From: the human T2T-CHM13v2.0 reference genome, Homo sapiens
DNA length: 64,000 nt
Direction: 5' to 3' (one strand)
Assembly (NCBI RefSeq): GCF_009914755.1
Contig: NC_060925.1
Both the position numbers and the translations under genes were made by a program. Below are positions 13,851 through 25,140 of this stretch, piece by piece. A model generated the notes under the pieces. It was not told the origin of the DNA, searched no databases, and worked only from the letters and a program-made list of their open reading frames with translations. The stretch's first letter is position 1, and every line of letters begins with the position of its first letter.

Positions 13851-14944
13851 CAAGAACATATAGATGTTCATGAGGGTAGGAGGAGTTGGTTAGCAGAGAG
13901 GCAACATTTTTCAACATGTGCAGATGAAGACTTTTTCCAGCTGGGCTACAAGTGGGAGAATAAAAACAAACTTTCCAATACCTGTTTTATTCTGAAGATA
14001 GATTGATGCCTACATACCTCAGTTTCCCCTTCACTTCCTTCCAGTTAGTTACGGAGGGGGCAAAAGTGATGCAAAGAAGACACTTAAATTCCAGAACACT
14101 CACTAGATTGACCGCCCTCCCTGCCATCATCTGTTTGTGCTGCTCTTTGAGGGAACCTGGGAAAAAACAGAAGGCAGGCTTAATGACTCTCTGTAACAGA
14201 GGGTCCCTCCCCTGCAGCCAGAATCTGGTGCTGACCTCTGCCCCCTGGAGAGAGGGGTCCTTCCATCCTCCTCTCCCTGGTGATACCCTGCAGGACTCCA
14301 GGTGAGAGGCCAGTGGCTTCCCCCCTCACTGGCCCTTAGCTCTTTGGGACCCAGGTTGTAAGGCTTGGACTGTCTCCTAGACCAGGCTTTGGGCTGAAGG
14401 TGGGATGGAGTCGACAACCTGATAGAACTGAGACAAGCTAGAAAGGCCTGCTGCTGCTGGGTCCCAGACTTTCACTTCCTGTTTTGGCTGCCTCTGCAGG
14501 GCTTATGGCCCACTCCCCATTGTCTCTAGACCAGATCCCAGATACTAGAGCCAGGGGTCTGGAGACAGTGAGGGGGACCCCCTCATCCCCAATTCCTCCC
14601 CACCTCTGTATCAACCCGGGCCCAGCCTCCACTGTCAGTCATGGGGGAGTCAGGTGGGCTGACCTGCATTCTGGGAAGGCTTTCTCCTTCCTTTTTCAGT
14701 CCCCCTGGAGCCTGTTTGGCCAGAGCTGAAGGGCCCCTCCCCTGGGCCTGCTCACAGGTGCTTGTTCCCCCTCCTGCTGTGTTCTTGCCAGGGTCTCAAC
14801 ACTCCAGGCTGGGACACGTGGCCTGACACCTGGAGAAACACTTAAGGTTGGGCCTTCCCCCTCCTCTTCCTATTCTGCATGTCTGATTCTTAGACGCTGC
14901 TTAGAACTGTCTTCACCCTCGCCTCAGAGATACAAGGCAATGGG

Positions 14945-15290
14945 GAAAGTATGTGATCTGGAGTCAGGAGACCTCGGTTTGAATCATTAGGATAAGCCAC
15001 CTGCTCCGGGCCTCACTTGTCTCATCTGTCAGACAGGGATGGTGGTACCAAAAAAAGCCAATGTGAAGGCACAAAGCCGCAGGAGGGTAAAATAACCATG
15101 ATGATGGGATGGGACCTCACTTAAACATTGTGGTCACTTCACTAAATGCTTTATGTGCATCATTTAATCCTTGAAACAGCCCTAAAACATAGGGAAACTG
15201 AGGCACGGAGAGGTTCTATAGCCCACCTGAGGCCTCACAGGCAGTAAGTGGCAGGGGTGGGACTATGGGATTCGAGCCAGTTCTAGAGCC
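14945..15290. mobile_element. Two MIR fragments in opposite orientation
   Basis: CTGGAGTCAGGAGACCT...CTCATCTGT (+), then GGAAACTGAGGCACGGAGAGGTT...GGGATTCGAGCC (-). Confidence 0.6.
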
Positions 15291-15944
15291 TCTCTGTTCT
15301 CCAGGGAGGCAGCACAGCCATCCCGGGAGAGGAGAGGCACAGGGACACGTGGGAAACAGCAGGCCTCCTTGGGGTTTCCTGCTGTCCTCCTGCTCATCCT
15401 CTTTCTTTTTTTTGAGGGTGGGAACAAGAGGTGGGTGAGTGAAGTTGGAATTAATGAGTCTGCCTGAATCCTAGGGAGGGGGCAGGAAGGGAAAGCCCAG
15501 GTGGGGCTCTTCAGGATTATAGGTGTCTTGGAAACTGGGAGGCCAGGGGAGCACCCTTAGTGGAGGGTTCCCTATAATTTCAGTTCATTTTTCTCTTGCA
15601 CATTCTGCTTGAGTAGATCAATACCCCACAAATATATCCTGTGTGTATCCTGAGGGGAGGCAGGGTTGAAGGAAGGTGGGAGGGAGTACAGTTGCAGATA
15701 GACGGGAGGAGAGAGACTGAAGATAGAGGAGAGGCGGGGAGCCATGGTAGACCCAGGGGCCAGGAGGGTGGAAGAAGGCTGTGATCGAACAGGGGCCTCA
15801 AGGCACAGCTCCTTGGGCAGGTGGCCCCTATACTGGGGCTGGGAGCTTGACACTATACCCATGTCACTCTCCCCTCATCCCTTTGCCCATCCTTATTCCA
15901 AACCTGCATCTTCTATTCCAACAGTCACACCTCCTTCGTATGTC

Positions 15945-16615
15945 TCTTGTTATTCACTTGTTAAACATTTATCAAGCATCCTCGGGCTCCAAGCAGTGTG
16001 CTAGGCACTGGAGAAAGGCCGTTGAATTGAACGCTGCGCTGGCCTGGGGCTTCTTGACTGTTCTGTGAAAAGCCAGACAAGCAGGCAATGACAACACAGT
16101 GTGGTGAGGGCTGTGACAGGACACGCAGGAGTGCCCCCTGACCTTCCAGGAAAGGCCGTGGAGGTGATGGCATCTGAGTTGAATGCCGCATGGTAAGATG
16201 TAATTGGTGAAGTGGGGGAAAGAAGGGTGTTCCAGGCAGAAGGGACAGAGCCGATGGGCAGTTTGTCAGCATGGCAGAGAGGCCTTGCAGCAGAGTGGTT
16301 AGAGCACAGGAACTGGGGCAAGAATTCTGGGCAAGCCAGTTAGCTCCTCTGATACTCAGTGTTCCCACAATAAAATGGCAATAAACACAGCTCCTACCTC
16401 AAAGGGTTGTCATGAGGCTTACATGAGTTGATACAAGTGGGTCCTGGCACAGGACAACTGCTATATTCGCACTGGCTGTTCTGGGCACAGCTTAGGCTTT
16501 GTGTAGTGTGGGAGAGAGTGTGTCTGCATGGGTGTGTGGTGAAGGATGAGGCTGGAAGGGAAATCAGGGGCCAGGTTATGAAGGGCTTGCCGAGCTGCTA
16601 AAGACTGTAACAGGA
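15945..16615. mobile_element. L2 fragments interrupted by a MIR (~16290-16460)
   Basis: TATTCACTTGTTAAACATTTAT..AGCA (L2 3' end, reversed), GTGTTCCAGGCAGAAGGGACAG, GATGAGGCTGGA...GGGCCAGGTTATGAAGGGC. Confidence 0.6.
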
Positions 16616-17485
16616 AAATCATGGTGAGTTGGTTATTCCCTAACTCACCATGAAGGGCTCTGAGGCTTACCTTTCCCCTTTGTCCTCATCCTCCAGGCCT
16701 CATCTCTTTCCTTACTTCTTTTCCACATGCTGTCACTCTTTTCCTTCTTTGCTCAGAATTCAAATAATCACCATCCAATTCTAAGCACTGAGTGGCCAAC
16801 TTAGGCTGGCAGAACCAGATGTCTGGGATTCTGGTCTCAAAACTATGTGCAAGTTCATTCCTAAAACGGGCCTCCTTTTGCTTTCAGCAATGAGGAGGGG
16901 AGAGAAGCAGGAGGCTCTCCCAGCTGGAGGGTCTCATCCAAGCCCATACCCATTTTCTTGACTTGGTTACTTCAGGACGTCGACCAGTCAGCCCGTTACT
17001 TTTCCTTTTTCTTACCTAAATGAGTTGTCTTTTTGAGCAGAGATACTGACAAGGTAGTCACAGTTTCTCAGGGCGGTGTCCTTCGATGGTCCTCCCTGGC
17101 TCAGCCCGCTATTTTGTGAAATACCAGGGATGGCCATTGCTAGAATAAAATGCAACCCTTCATAATCCATCCCAGTCGGCCTCTTCAGCGACGTCCCTCA
17201 CCACTCAATTCCCTACTCACAGCGCCCTTTAATAGAGGCCAAATTGAACACCTGGCATATTGGGACCTCCAGAAAGTCACTTTGCCTATCTCCCACGGGT
17301 GAAATGAGATTACTGTCTGGCTCCATTTTTCTGAAAGTGTGTTATGATATTCAGTACTCCACCATTATCCCCTCCTAACCCTCTGGATTCTTGTCATCTA
17401 CTGGGAAATACTGTTTCCTTAGTACTGGTTTGCCCTTAAAAAAGTGTTTTGTACTTAAAACACCAAAACACCCAGTGAAACCACC

Positions 17486-17756
17486 TTTACTGAGATATAA
17501 TTTACATGCCATAAAATTCACCCTTTCAGAGTGGTTGTCATTCAGTAGTTTTTGTTATATTCAAATAGTTGTCCAACTACCACTACTAAGTCCTGAACAT
17601 TTTCATCACCCTAAAAAGGTAATCTGACCTGCTAATGGTTACTCCCCACTTTTCCCTGGTAACCACTAATCTGTGTTCAGTCGCTACAGATTTGCCTATT
17701 CTGGACACTTCATGTAAAAGGAATCACGCAATGTGTGGTCTTTTGTGTCTGGCTTT
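17486..17756 (-). mobile_element. Old L1 (L1MB-like) 3' end fragment
   Basis: TTTACTGAGATATAATTTACAT..CATAAAATTCACCCTTT...TTTGCCTATTCTGGACA.TTCAT.TAAA.GGAATCA...TTTTGTGTCTGGCTT. Confidence 0.8.
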
Positions 17757-18009
17757 GACATGTACTCTTAAAGAATCTTCACAATAATCTTGAGATAGAA
17801 ATTTCCACCTAACTTGGGTCTCTGGCTTCAGTTAGTTTTAACTGGTAGCAGCCATTCACTCAAGAAAATGGAAAATCTCCAGAACTGTTAAGAGACCTAT
17901 TTCCTTACTATGTTGGTACCTGTACAATAGGAATAACAATGCATGAGGGTGGGGGAGCGAGGACGGACTTGGCAAATTCTCTGGCATGACCACCCCAGCA
18001 CAGTGTATG

Positions 18010-18066
18010 ATGAACAACAAAACCAACTCTCAGCAAACATTACTTAAAAGTATTTTTTTATTTAAT
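18010..18066 (-). terminator. ETV3: Distal polyadenylation site of ETV3
   Basis: Minus strand reads ATTAAATAAAAAA (overlapping ATTAAA/AATAAA), then ~20 nt later GTTTGCTGAGAGTTGGTTTTGTTGTT (GU-rich downstream element). Confidence 0.75.
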
Positions 18067-21000
18067 TTCTGAGGTAAAATACTTTTTTCTTTCAACTTCC
18101 ATAACAAAATACAGAGCTATCAGATACCCCTGGAAAAAATATGTATATTATACATATATTTCTATAACATTACATCATATATATATAATATATATGCAAA
18201 AATTTGAAGACTTTATAGAAAGCGGAACATCTAAAAGGCACTGCACAATGGAGTTAAGATTACTTACATTTTATGTACATATACACACTTTACTCTGCTC
18301 AAGCAGGTAACTAGTGAAGTCACCTTTCACATGTAAATGTCTCATTCACAAATCCCTGCATCACAATTCTATAACTCAAAGAATGCTTAAATATCTCAAA
18401 ACAAATTAACTGGTAACTTTTTATCCCCCTAAGAAGAAACCAAGAATGGAACAGTTCTTGAAAGATTGAATCAAAGTTGTCTTCTAAACAAAATAAAAAT
18501 GTACGTTCCATTACTGTTTACAAAACAAAAAGCACAAACATAATTATGGAATAAATAAAAAACAAGGGACAAACAGCCAACTGACTCTACCCACTTGGTG
18601 AGAAGTGATATACTTCAACTATTTTTTTAATGCTTCTGAAAGTTTCTTGGCCCACAGAGGACTAGGGTGCAATCATTCCCTGTGTTAGTGAGTTGGGTTT
18701 AATGCAGCTTCAAAATTAGGGTAAAGGGACTTGGTGAAATGTTTACATTAAATATTTCACTCCTACCCATTCTTCAGGAAAAAAGGTGAGCTCAGCAAGG
18801 CTGGATGCCATTAAGAGATATTTACTGTTTTCTTTTTCTATAGCTAAAAAAGCAAACTTTACACGAAGAAGCTCTTGATTAAGGAAATTTCAATAGATTC
18901 ATATTTATAAAATTTTAAACATTTGGCACAGCAAAATTTGGAAAAAATGGGGGAGAAAAAATAGGTCTGGTTGTTGTCCCCCTTTTTCCACCTGCTGCTG
19001 GACAGTGATGAGATGCTCACAGAAGAAAAAGGCCTGGCTTTGTACCAGGCTGGCGACAGGTGCTACCAGGAGTGGGCTGAGGGGAGAAAAACTATCTCCC
19101 ACTCTTTTGGCCCAGGCAATGTCAACGACTTCCACATTCCCTGGCCCACTTCCTGAGCAACCCCAGGTTCGGCTCTGTATAAGGACCCTCCCCTCCCAAC
19201 CCCAACCCCAGAGTGCAGTGCAAATCAACCAACAATTTACTGGTGGAATGGCAATCAAAGGAAACAGTTAAACACCAAACAATTTCTTAAAGCCAAAAAA
19301 TATTTTTCATGGAGTTGAACATTTTTCGAGTGTGTTTTTTTCAAGTGTAAAAGCAGTGACATTTTGTTCAAACAGAAGCAGCATCTAGGAATTCTGGCAC
19401 TTGGGTTCTAGGGGGTTACAGGTATGCATCATGGATTCTTCTCCCTCGTATTTAAAAAGGCCTCGTGTTTCTATTCCTGAGTTCATACCAACACCTGCTA
19501 GCTCTCCCCTCTAGCGGACAGTGGGTGGCCAGCCAGCCTCCCTGGTTAGATTGGGCAATGCCAAGCAGACATCCCTCATTCACCTGCTGGGCTTGCTTTC
19601 TGATTCAGAGGTAAGTCGAAGTGCAGAGAAAGAAACTTACAAAAGCACAACCACCAAAGGCAGCCTGAACGGGGAGCCCTGTGCAGACTGAGTTGCTGGA
19701 GACTACCCTCTCAGTCCCATTCCTGGGGAAAGGTAGGTCACTCATGGAATTTGAATCAAACATGGGGGAGGACACCTGCCAAGCAATAGTATGATGGACT
19801 CAAGTCATCCCAGGCCATCTACTGTCTCCCTCACCTGCCCTAACCTTTTCTGAGTCCCTCCCTCTCTTGTGCAAGCACTGTAGTTTAAAAAGGAAAAAAC
19901 ACCCCCCACCATTAAAAGACAACCTTCAAATGTTACTCAGTATATAAAGTTTGCTTAGGCTAAGGTGGAGTCAGAAATGTCTCTAATTGTAGACACCATC
20001 TCTGTGCCACCCTTCCTCTCATCGGATATGGAGTGATTTCTTCTCTCGCTGCTGCGACGCAGATCTGAGCCACAGTCAGGTACCAATGTACACGACATAG
20101 GCACATGTGCAAACACAAAGAAGGTGGGCTGCTGCTTCTTTCTCTCTGCCCCTAGTCCAGGCTCCTTTGCTTCACGTAAGATTAACACTTTCCCATTCCT
20201 CTGAAGTTGCTGGAAGGACATTTCCCAGGAAGAAACAATTCCTCACTGCCTATAAACTGTAGTCTCATGTGGGATAGTCAATTGAACATGAGAATCAGAA
20301 CAATCTGGGCAAATGGGTATGGCAAGAATGGGAACACCACAACAGGACAGATGCCAACTCTCATTCATGCCAGGCCTTTTGGCATCTGGGTGCCTTCTGT
20401 GTCTTCTTTCCACCTCTTCCTTCAGTCTCAACATCCACTTGTACCCCCAGCTACCTCCCATGTTTCCAGGTATCATTGGCTCTTAACTCCCACAAGCCTG
20501 CCTTTTGGCTACCCATCCCAACAATATCAAGAGGGAATGACTAAGTATCAGCTAGAAACTTAGCCATGTCTCAACATTCCTGGATTATCTGAAAAGCTGT
20601 CGATGCCCTTTTACAGGTTTATGGTGACAGACCCGTATCATCTTAAAGTATGTTCATAGTTAAGGCTTGACTTAAGAAAATAAGAGAACCAGACATAATG
20701 GAAAGACTCTTCAATAATGTTGTCATGCCTCTCAGTGAACGTGCTCACAGTCACACTTGGTTTGGCTCCCCAAACCCACAATAGAAAAGGAAAAATGAGT
20801 ATTTTGTTTTTCATCTGTTTTGTATTTAAAGGCATTGGGTTACTTCCTCCTGCCCTCTTTTCTTCCCTGAACAAGAGTTTACAACTCCTCATGGCTTCTT
20901 AATAGGTGAAGTAGGTGAAAAGTCTGAGAAGCTCACAGCAGGGTTTGCCGTCCCAACTATGCAGCTGAGAGGTCGCCAGCTCCTGTGCCTTCCCAGCCCC

Positions 21001-21686
21001 ACTATAATTGGCAGTATGTTTGTTCATGTTTCCTGAAAACATTTTCTTTAAAAAGGAAAAGAAAAAAATGCCAAACAACACCAACCAAAAAAAAAAAAAA
21101 AAAAAAGAAGGAAGAAGAAAAAGAGCAACATCCAAACATTCCCCAAGCCCCACCCCAGTAAGTCTGAGATTATCTTATTCCTTCCCTGAAATAATTATAA
21201 AGAAGCATTTCAGGCAAAATACTTAGTATTAATGGTCTCTTACTGCTCAACCTCCCAACCATGCCCTTTTCCCTTTTATGTGTATCTCTTGGAGTAAAAT
21301 AAATTCATTAATGGCTTTCCACATACAAATACAATAGAAAAGAAAGAAGTCTGGAACCTGACTATCATGGGACCAAAAAGTATCTTGGCCCTTTGGGAGT
21401 TTCCTTGTCAGAAAGTATAAGCCTCAACAGGAAATAGAGGCTCCTTCTCCTTTGAGTTCAATACCCTCCCTGTGTCCTACTCACCAGGAAAATAAGTGTG
21501 TTCATATCCCACCTAATTTACAACAGAAGATAACCCCATCCCATCCCCAAAACATAAAAATACAAGTCTATGCCCCTAGAATGATCAAACCAGTTTAACT
21601 CCCTCCCCCCCACCCTGAAATCTTGCTACATAAATACATGTATGTATTTGATTATAGTATAAACAGCTCCTAATCCACTTCCAGTT
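18040..21686 (-). other. ETV3: ETV3 long 3' UTR (~3.6 kb)
   Basis: Repeat-free, AU-rich sequence from the stop codon to an AATAAA at 18057-18062 followed by a GU-rich element. Confidence 0.75.
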
Positions 21687-22825
21687 CTAAGCATCAGCAG
21701 CTGCTGTTGCCAAGCCCTGGGGTCCTGACCCATTCCAGAGAAACTTGCCACTCTTGCTCAGCTCTCGGGCTTCAGGGTCATCATTCCAGCGCCGCTTCAA
21801 CCGAAGCTTGGGGGGCATCAGTGCATCTTCTTTCTTCTCAGGTGCACTGGGCTCTTTGCCAGGCCTATCCTCACTGTCTTCAGTCACCTCCAGAGGTTCT
21901 CCACTTGGGGTGCTAATGGGCACAGAGGGCCAGATGGGTGGTGCAGCAGGACGGGCAAAGATGGTGCCTTTTTCCTCTTCAATGGTCCTGCTTGGCACAG
22001 TGCCCTCTTCTTGAGTGTGCTCCTCCTTCTCTCGTGCCGACTGCCTGAGGCTCTCAGGATCCTTTTCAGAGGCAGGTTCCACCTTGATTCTTGGGGGAAT
22101 AGAAGCCATGGTGGGCGTGGTGACTGGTGCTGACTCCTCGCTGCTCTCAACCCTCTCCCGGTTCTTCCGCCCAACTGGTGGGGGCTGCAGCTTGATGGAG
22201 AACTGAGTTGACTCCTCAGGATGCATTTGGCACTGCAGTGGTGGAACCATGAGCCCTGGGTAACGGGGAAAAGTCCGAGGACTCAGATGGTAGTTGAACA
22301 CAGAACAAGCTTGAGAATGAAGGTAGTGTTTCATTTCCTCAGGGTTGAAGGAGAAGCAGCTGCTGCTGGTGAAAGGGCTCAGGCCTGGTGATGGGCTATA
22401 GGAGAAGATGGTGGGAGTCAGGGAGAGGGCTGGTGAAATGGGGACATTAAGGACACCTCCGCGGCCAGGGATTGGAGAGACAGCGAAGGGACTGTGGGGG
22501 TCAGGGTACATCCCTGGCCTAGCAAACAGAGGAAGCATTATGTCAGGCTTGCGTTTCTGATGGCCAATCCCTCCTCCACCAATGGCATTCCTGGAGGACA
22601 CGGGATCCACACCCCGGCGCCAGTCAGCAGCTGAGCCATCCTCCAGCTCTGAAAGCTCAGTCTTTCTATCAGTACCATTACTGGACTCCTGGCCAGAAGC
22701 AGTTAGGGAGCTAGCAGAGAACCGTCCCGGCTGCACATCATTGGTTGGAGAATGGGTGTCCAGAGGTGGGAAATGGAACCGGGAAGAGGCTGTTGGCACT
22801 GGTGGTGCACTCTGAGGAACCACAC
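21687..22825 (-). CDS. ETV3: ETV3 exon 5 coding part (S/T-P-rich region, FSF motif, C-terminal [10 protein letters not shown] motif shared with ERF)
   Basis: Acceptor ttttccaccatcacag|GT at 22826/22825, inside the 394-aa ORF 21687-22871. 46+238+116+1139 = 1539 nt = 512 aa plus stop. Confidence 0.97.
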
Positions 22826-23502
22826 CTGTGATGGTGGAAAATACAAAAGCCTGCATCAGAGGACTGCTCATTCATTATCATCACTTATGCTAACTAAGTG
22901 CAAAATATTTAGTAGTAACAGGAAACAATCATTCCAACTGGACTGAATCCCACAGTTCTCCAACTTCCTAGTAACTACTGCTCAGCTGCTTCTACTCAAC
23001 TTGTCATCCTTCTCTAGGCTCTTCACTGTCTTCACAGTACTCCTTACTGTCAAAAACATTGTAATTGCTTATCCATATTCTACAACCTAAATTCCACATG
23101 GCAGGGACTTCCTATTGTTCACAACTGTACACCTCACAGTTCAGGGCTTAACGGTTGTGTACTTCCTGTACACAATAAATATTAAGTGGAATGAATGAAT
23201 GGGTACAAGAGCCTTCTCCTCTGCAACTCTAAATATTGTGTATATATTACCTGTTTCAATTTTTAGCTCTGCAAATAGTCTTATTTCCATAATTTTGGCC
23301 ATATATATATATTCGTGTGTGTGTGTGACGAGGTAGAGGTTTACTGAAATATAAACATTCGAGAACATTTAAGATAGAAAATAATAACAACATATAGATA
23401 GTTGCTACAAGAGGACATCTGATGTTTACTCACTGCCTAGACTACCCACATGCTATCCCATTTTTCCTTGTTGGAATACAGATATATTTCGAGATGGGAT
23501 AT

Positions 23503-23905
23503 GGGGAGGGACAGAGCTGCCCTGGCTGACTGTAGGGAGGGGCAGAGCTGCTCTGGCTGACTGTGCGGAGGGGCAGAGCTGCCCTGGCTGACTGTGTGGA
23601 GGGGCAGAGCTGCCCTGGCTGACTGTGCGGAGGGACAGAGCTGCCCTGGCTGACTGTAGGGAGGGACAGAGCTGCCCTGGCTGACTGTAGGGAGGGGAAG
23701 AGCTGCCCTGGCTGACTGTGGGGAGGGACAGAGCTGCCCTGGCTGACTGTGGGGAGGGGCAGAGCTGCCCTGGCTGACTGTGGGGAGGGACAGAGCTGCC
23801 CTGGCTGACTGTGGGGAGGGACAGAGCTGCCCTGGCTGACTGTGGGGAGGGGCAGAGCTGCCCTGGCTGACTGTGGGGAGGGGCATAGCTGCCCTGGCTG
23901 ACTGC
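23503..23905. repeat. Minisatellite/VNTR, 13 copies of a 31-bp unit GGGGAGGG(A/G)CAGAGCTGCCCTGGCTGACTGT
   Basis: 13 contiguous units counted directly (403 bp), varying mainly at unit positions 1-2 and 9. Confidence 0.97.
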
Positions 23906-24388
23906 ACCTCCAGAGAAGCTCTGCTTGGGCCAAGGCCCCATTCCTGGATGCACCGCTTCGCCGCATATAAAAAGCAAACAAACCAAACCAAAAAACAAAT
24001 CAACAAAACTGGAAATGACATGCATGGAAAGTAATGCATTAAAAACTCAAAGATAAAACTCAAAGACCCTATACCTCACATACACTGACCATGTTTTAGT
24101 AAAAACAGTTTAATTTTTAAAAAGGCTACACATTTGTTAAGTTCTTATTACCAAGTGTTTTATCATTCCTGATATACAATCACTGCTTCACAGAGATTCA
24201 AATATTTTTCAATCTCTCCAAATCTATATTCCTCTAACAAATTCTACTGAATGATCTCCATCTCCAACCTGCTTTCAAACATTAAGGAGGCTGGGAGAAA
24301 ATCCAGGACCTACTATTCCTTCTTCCAAGTTTGCTTACTAAAATGTAAAGCTCTAAGTGATAACATACACTGTGCTACTTATGTCAAC

Positions 24389-24692
24389 TTTTTTTTTTTT
24401 TTTTTTTTTGAGACAGGGTTTCACTCTGTTGCCCAGGCTGGAGTGCAGTGGCACCATCTTGGCTCAATGCAACCTCCACCTCCTGGGTTCAAGTGATTCT
24501 TGTGCCTCAGCTTCTGGAGTAGCTGGGATTACAGGTGTGTGCTACCATGCCCGGCTAATTTTTGTTATTTTTAGTAGAGACTGGGTTTCACCATGTTGGC
24601 CAGGCTGATCTCGAACTCCTGGCCTCAAACGATAAACTTGCTTCAGCCTCCCAAAGTGCTGGGATTACAGGTGTGAGCCACTGCGCCCAGCC
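24389..24692 (-). mobile_element. Alu in ETV3 intron 4
   Basis: Full-length Alu reverse complement; TCAACTTT repeated on both flanks. Confidence 0.95.
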
Positions 24693-25140
24693 CATCAACT
24701 TTAGTGGCTCACAGTTCTCAACTTCCCCAGTGATCCTCCTGATAAGACATGAAAAAGGTATGCCATCTGAAGTCTCAGGGACCTGTGGGTTCCTCGGAGG
24801 TGTCAGCAGTTTCTATAATAATGTCAGCAGGGTTCTCAGGCAAAGGTGAAGAAAGAACAAAGGAGAAGAAAAAAATAGAAAAAAACAAAATTTTAAGTAT
24901 AGTGATCTAGGAGTGGAAACAAAAAAGGTACACAGATATGGGATGGTTATGAATTGCTCCCAATCAGCTGGTGCCTTCTCCTCTTGGTCTAGCAGACTCT
25001 GGAGTCTGCTGGTATTCGTAAGACTGTAGCTTTCTGGGTGCATGGGACTGAGTAACACTATGCCAGAGCCTCATTTCCCAAACTAATGTTCCACAGAAAA
25101 CTGTTCTGCAGGACTTTTTTTTTTTTAAGCCACTGATTTA

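Noticed and set aside
19504-19517. CTCF-like CCGCTAGAGGGGAG in the ETV3 3' UTR
   Set aside because: Mismatch at a highly conserved core C; not supportable without ChIP data.
22826-22871. N-terminal [15 protein letters not shown] of the 394-aa ORF
   Set aside because: Intronic: it is the polypyrimidine tract/acceptor of exon 5 that happens to be in frame.
23944-23975. GCACCGCTTCGCCGCATATAAAA: faint resemblance to the U6 snRNA 5' end, plus a TATA-like box
   Set aside because: Too short and gapped; the rest of U6 is absent and there are no TSDs.
23437-24063. Three overlapping 179-208 aa ORFs with periodic sequence
   Set aside because: They are a by-product of the stop-free 31-bp minisatellite; no independent sign of a gene. 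The array is also not CRISPR-like, since it has no unique spacers.
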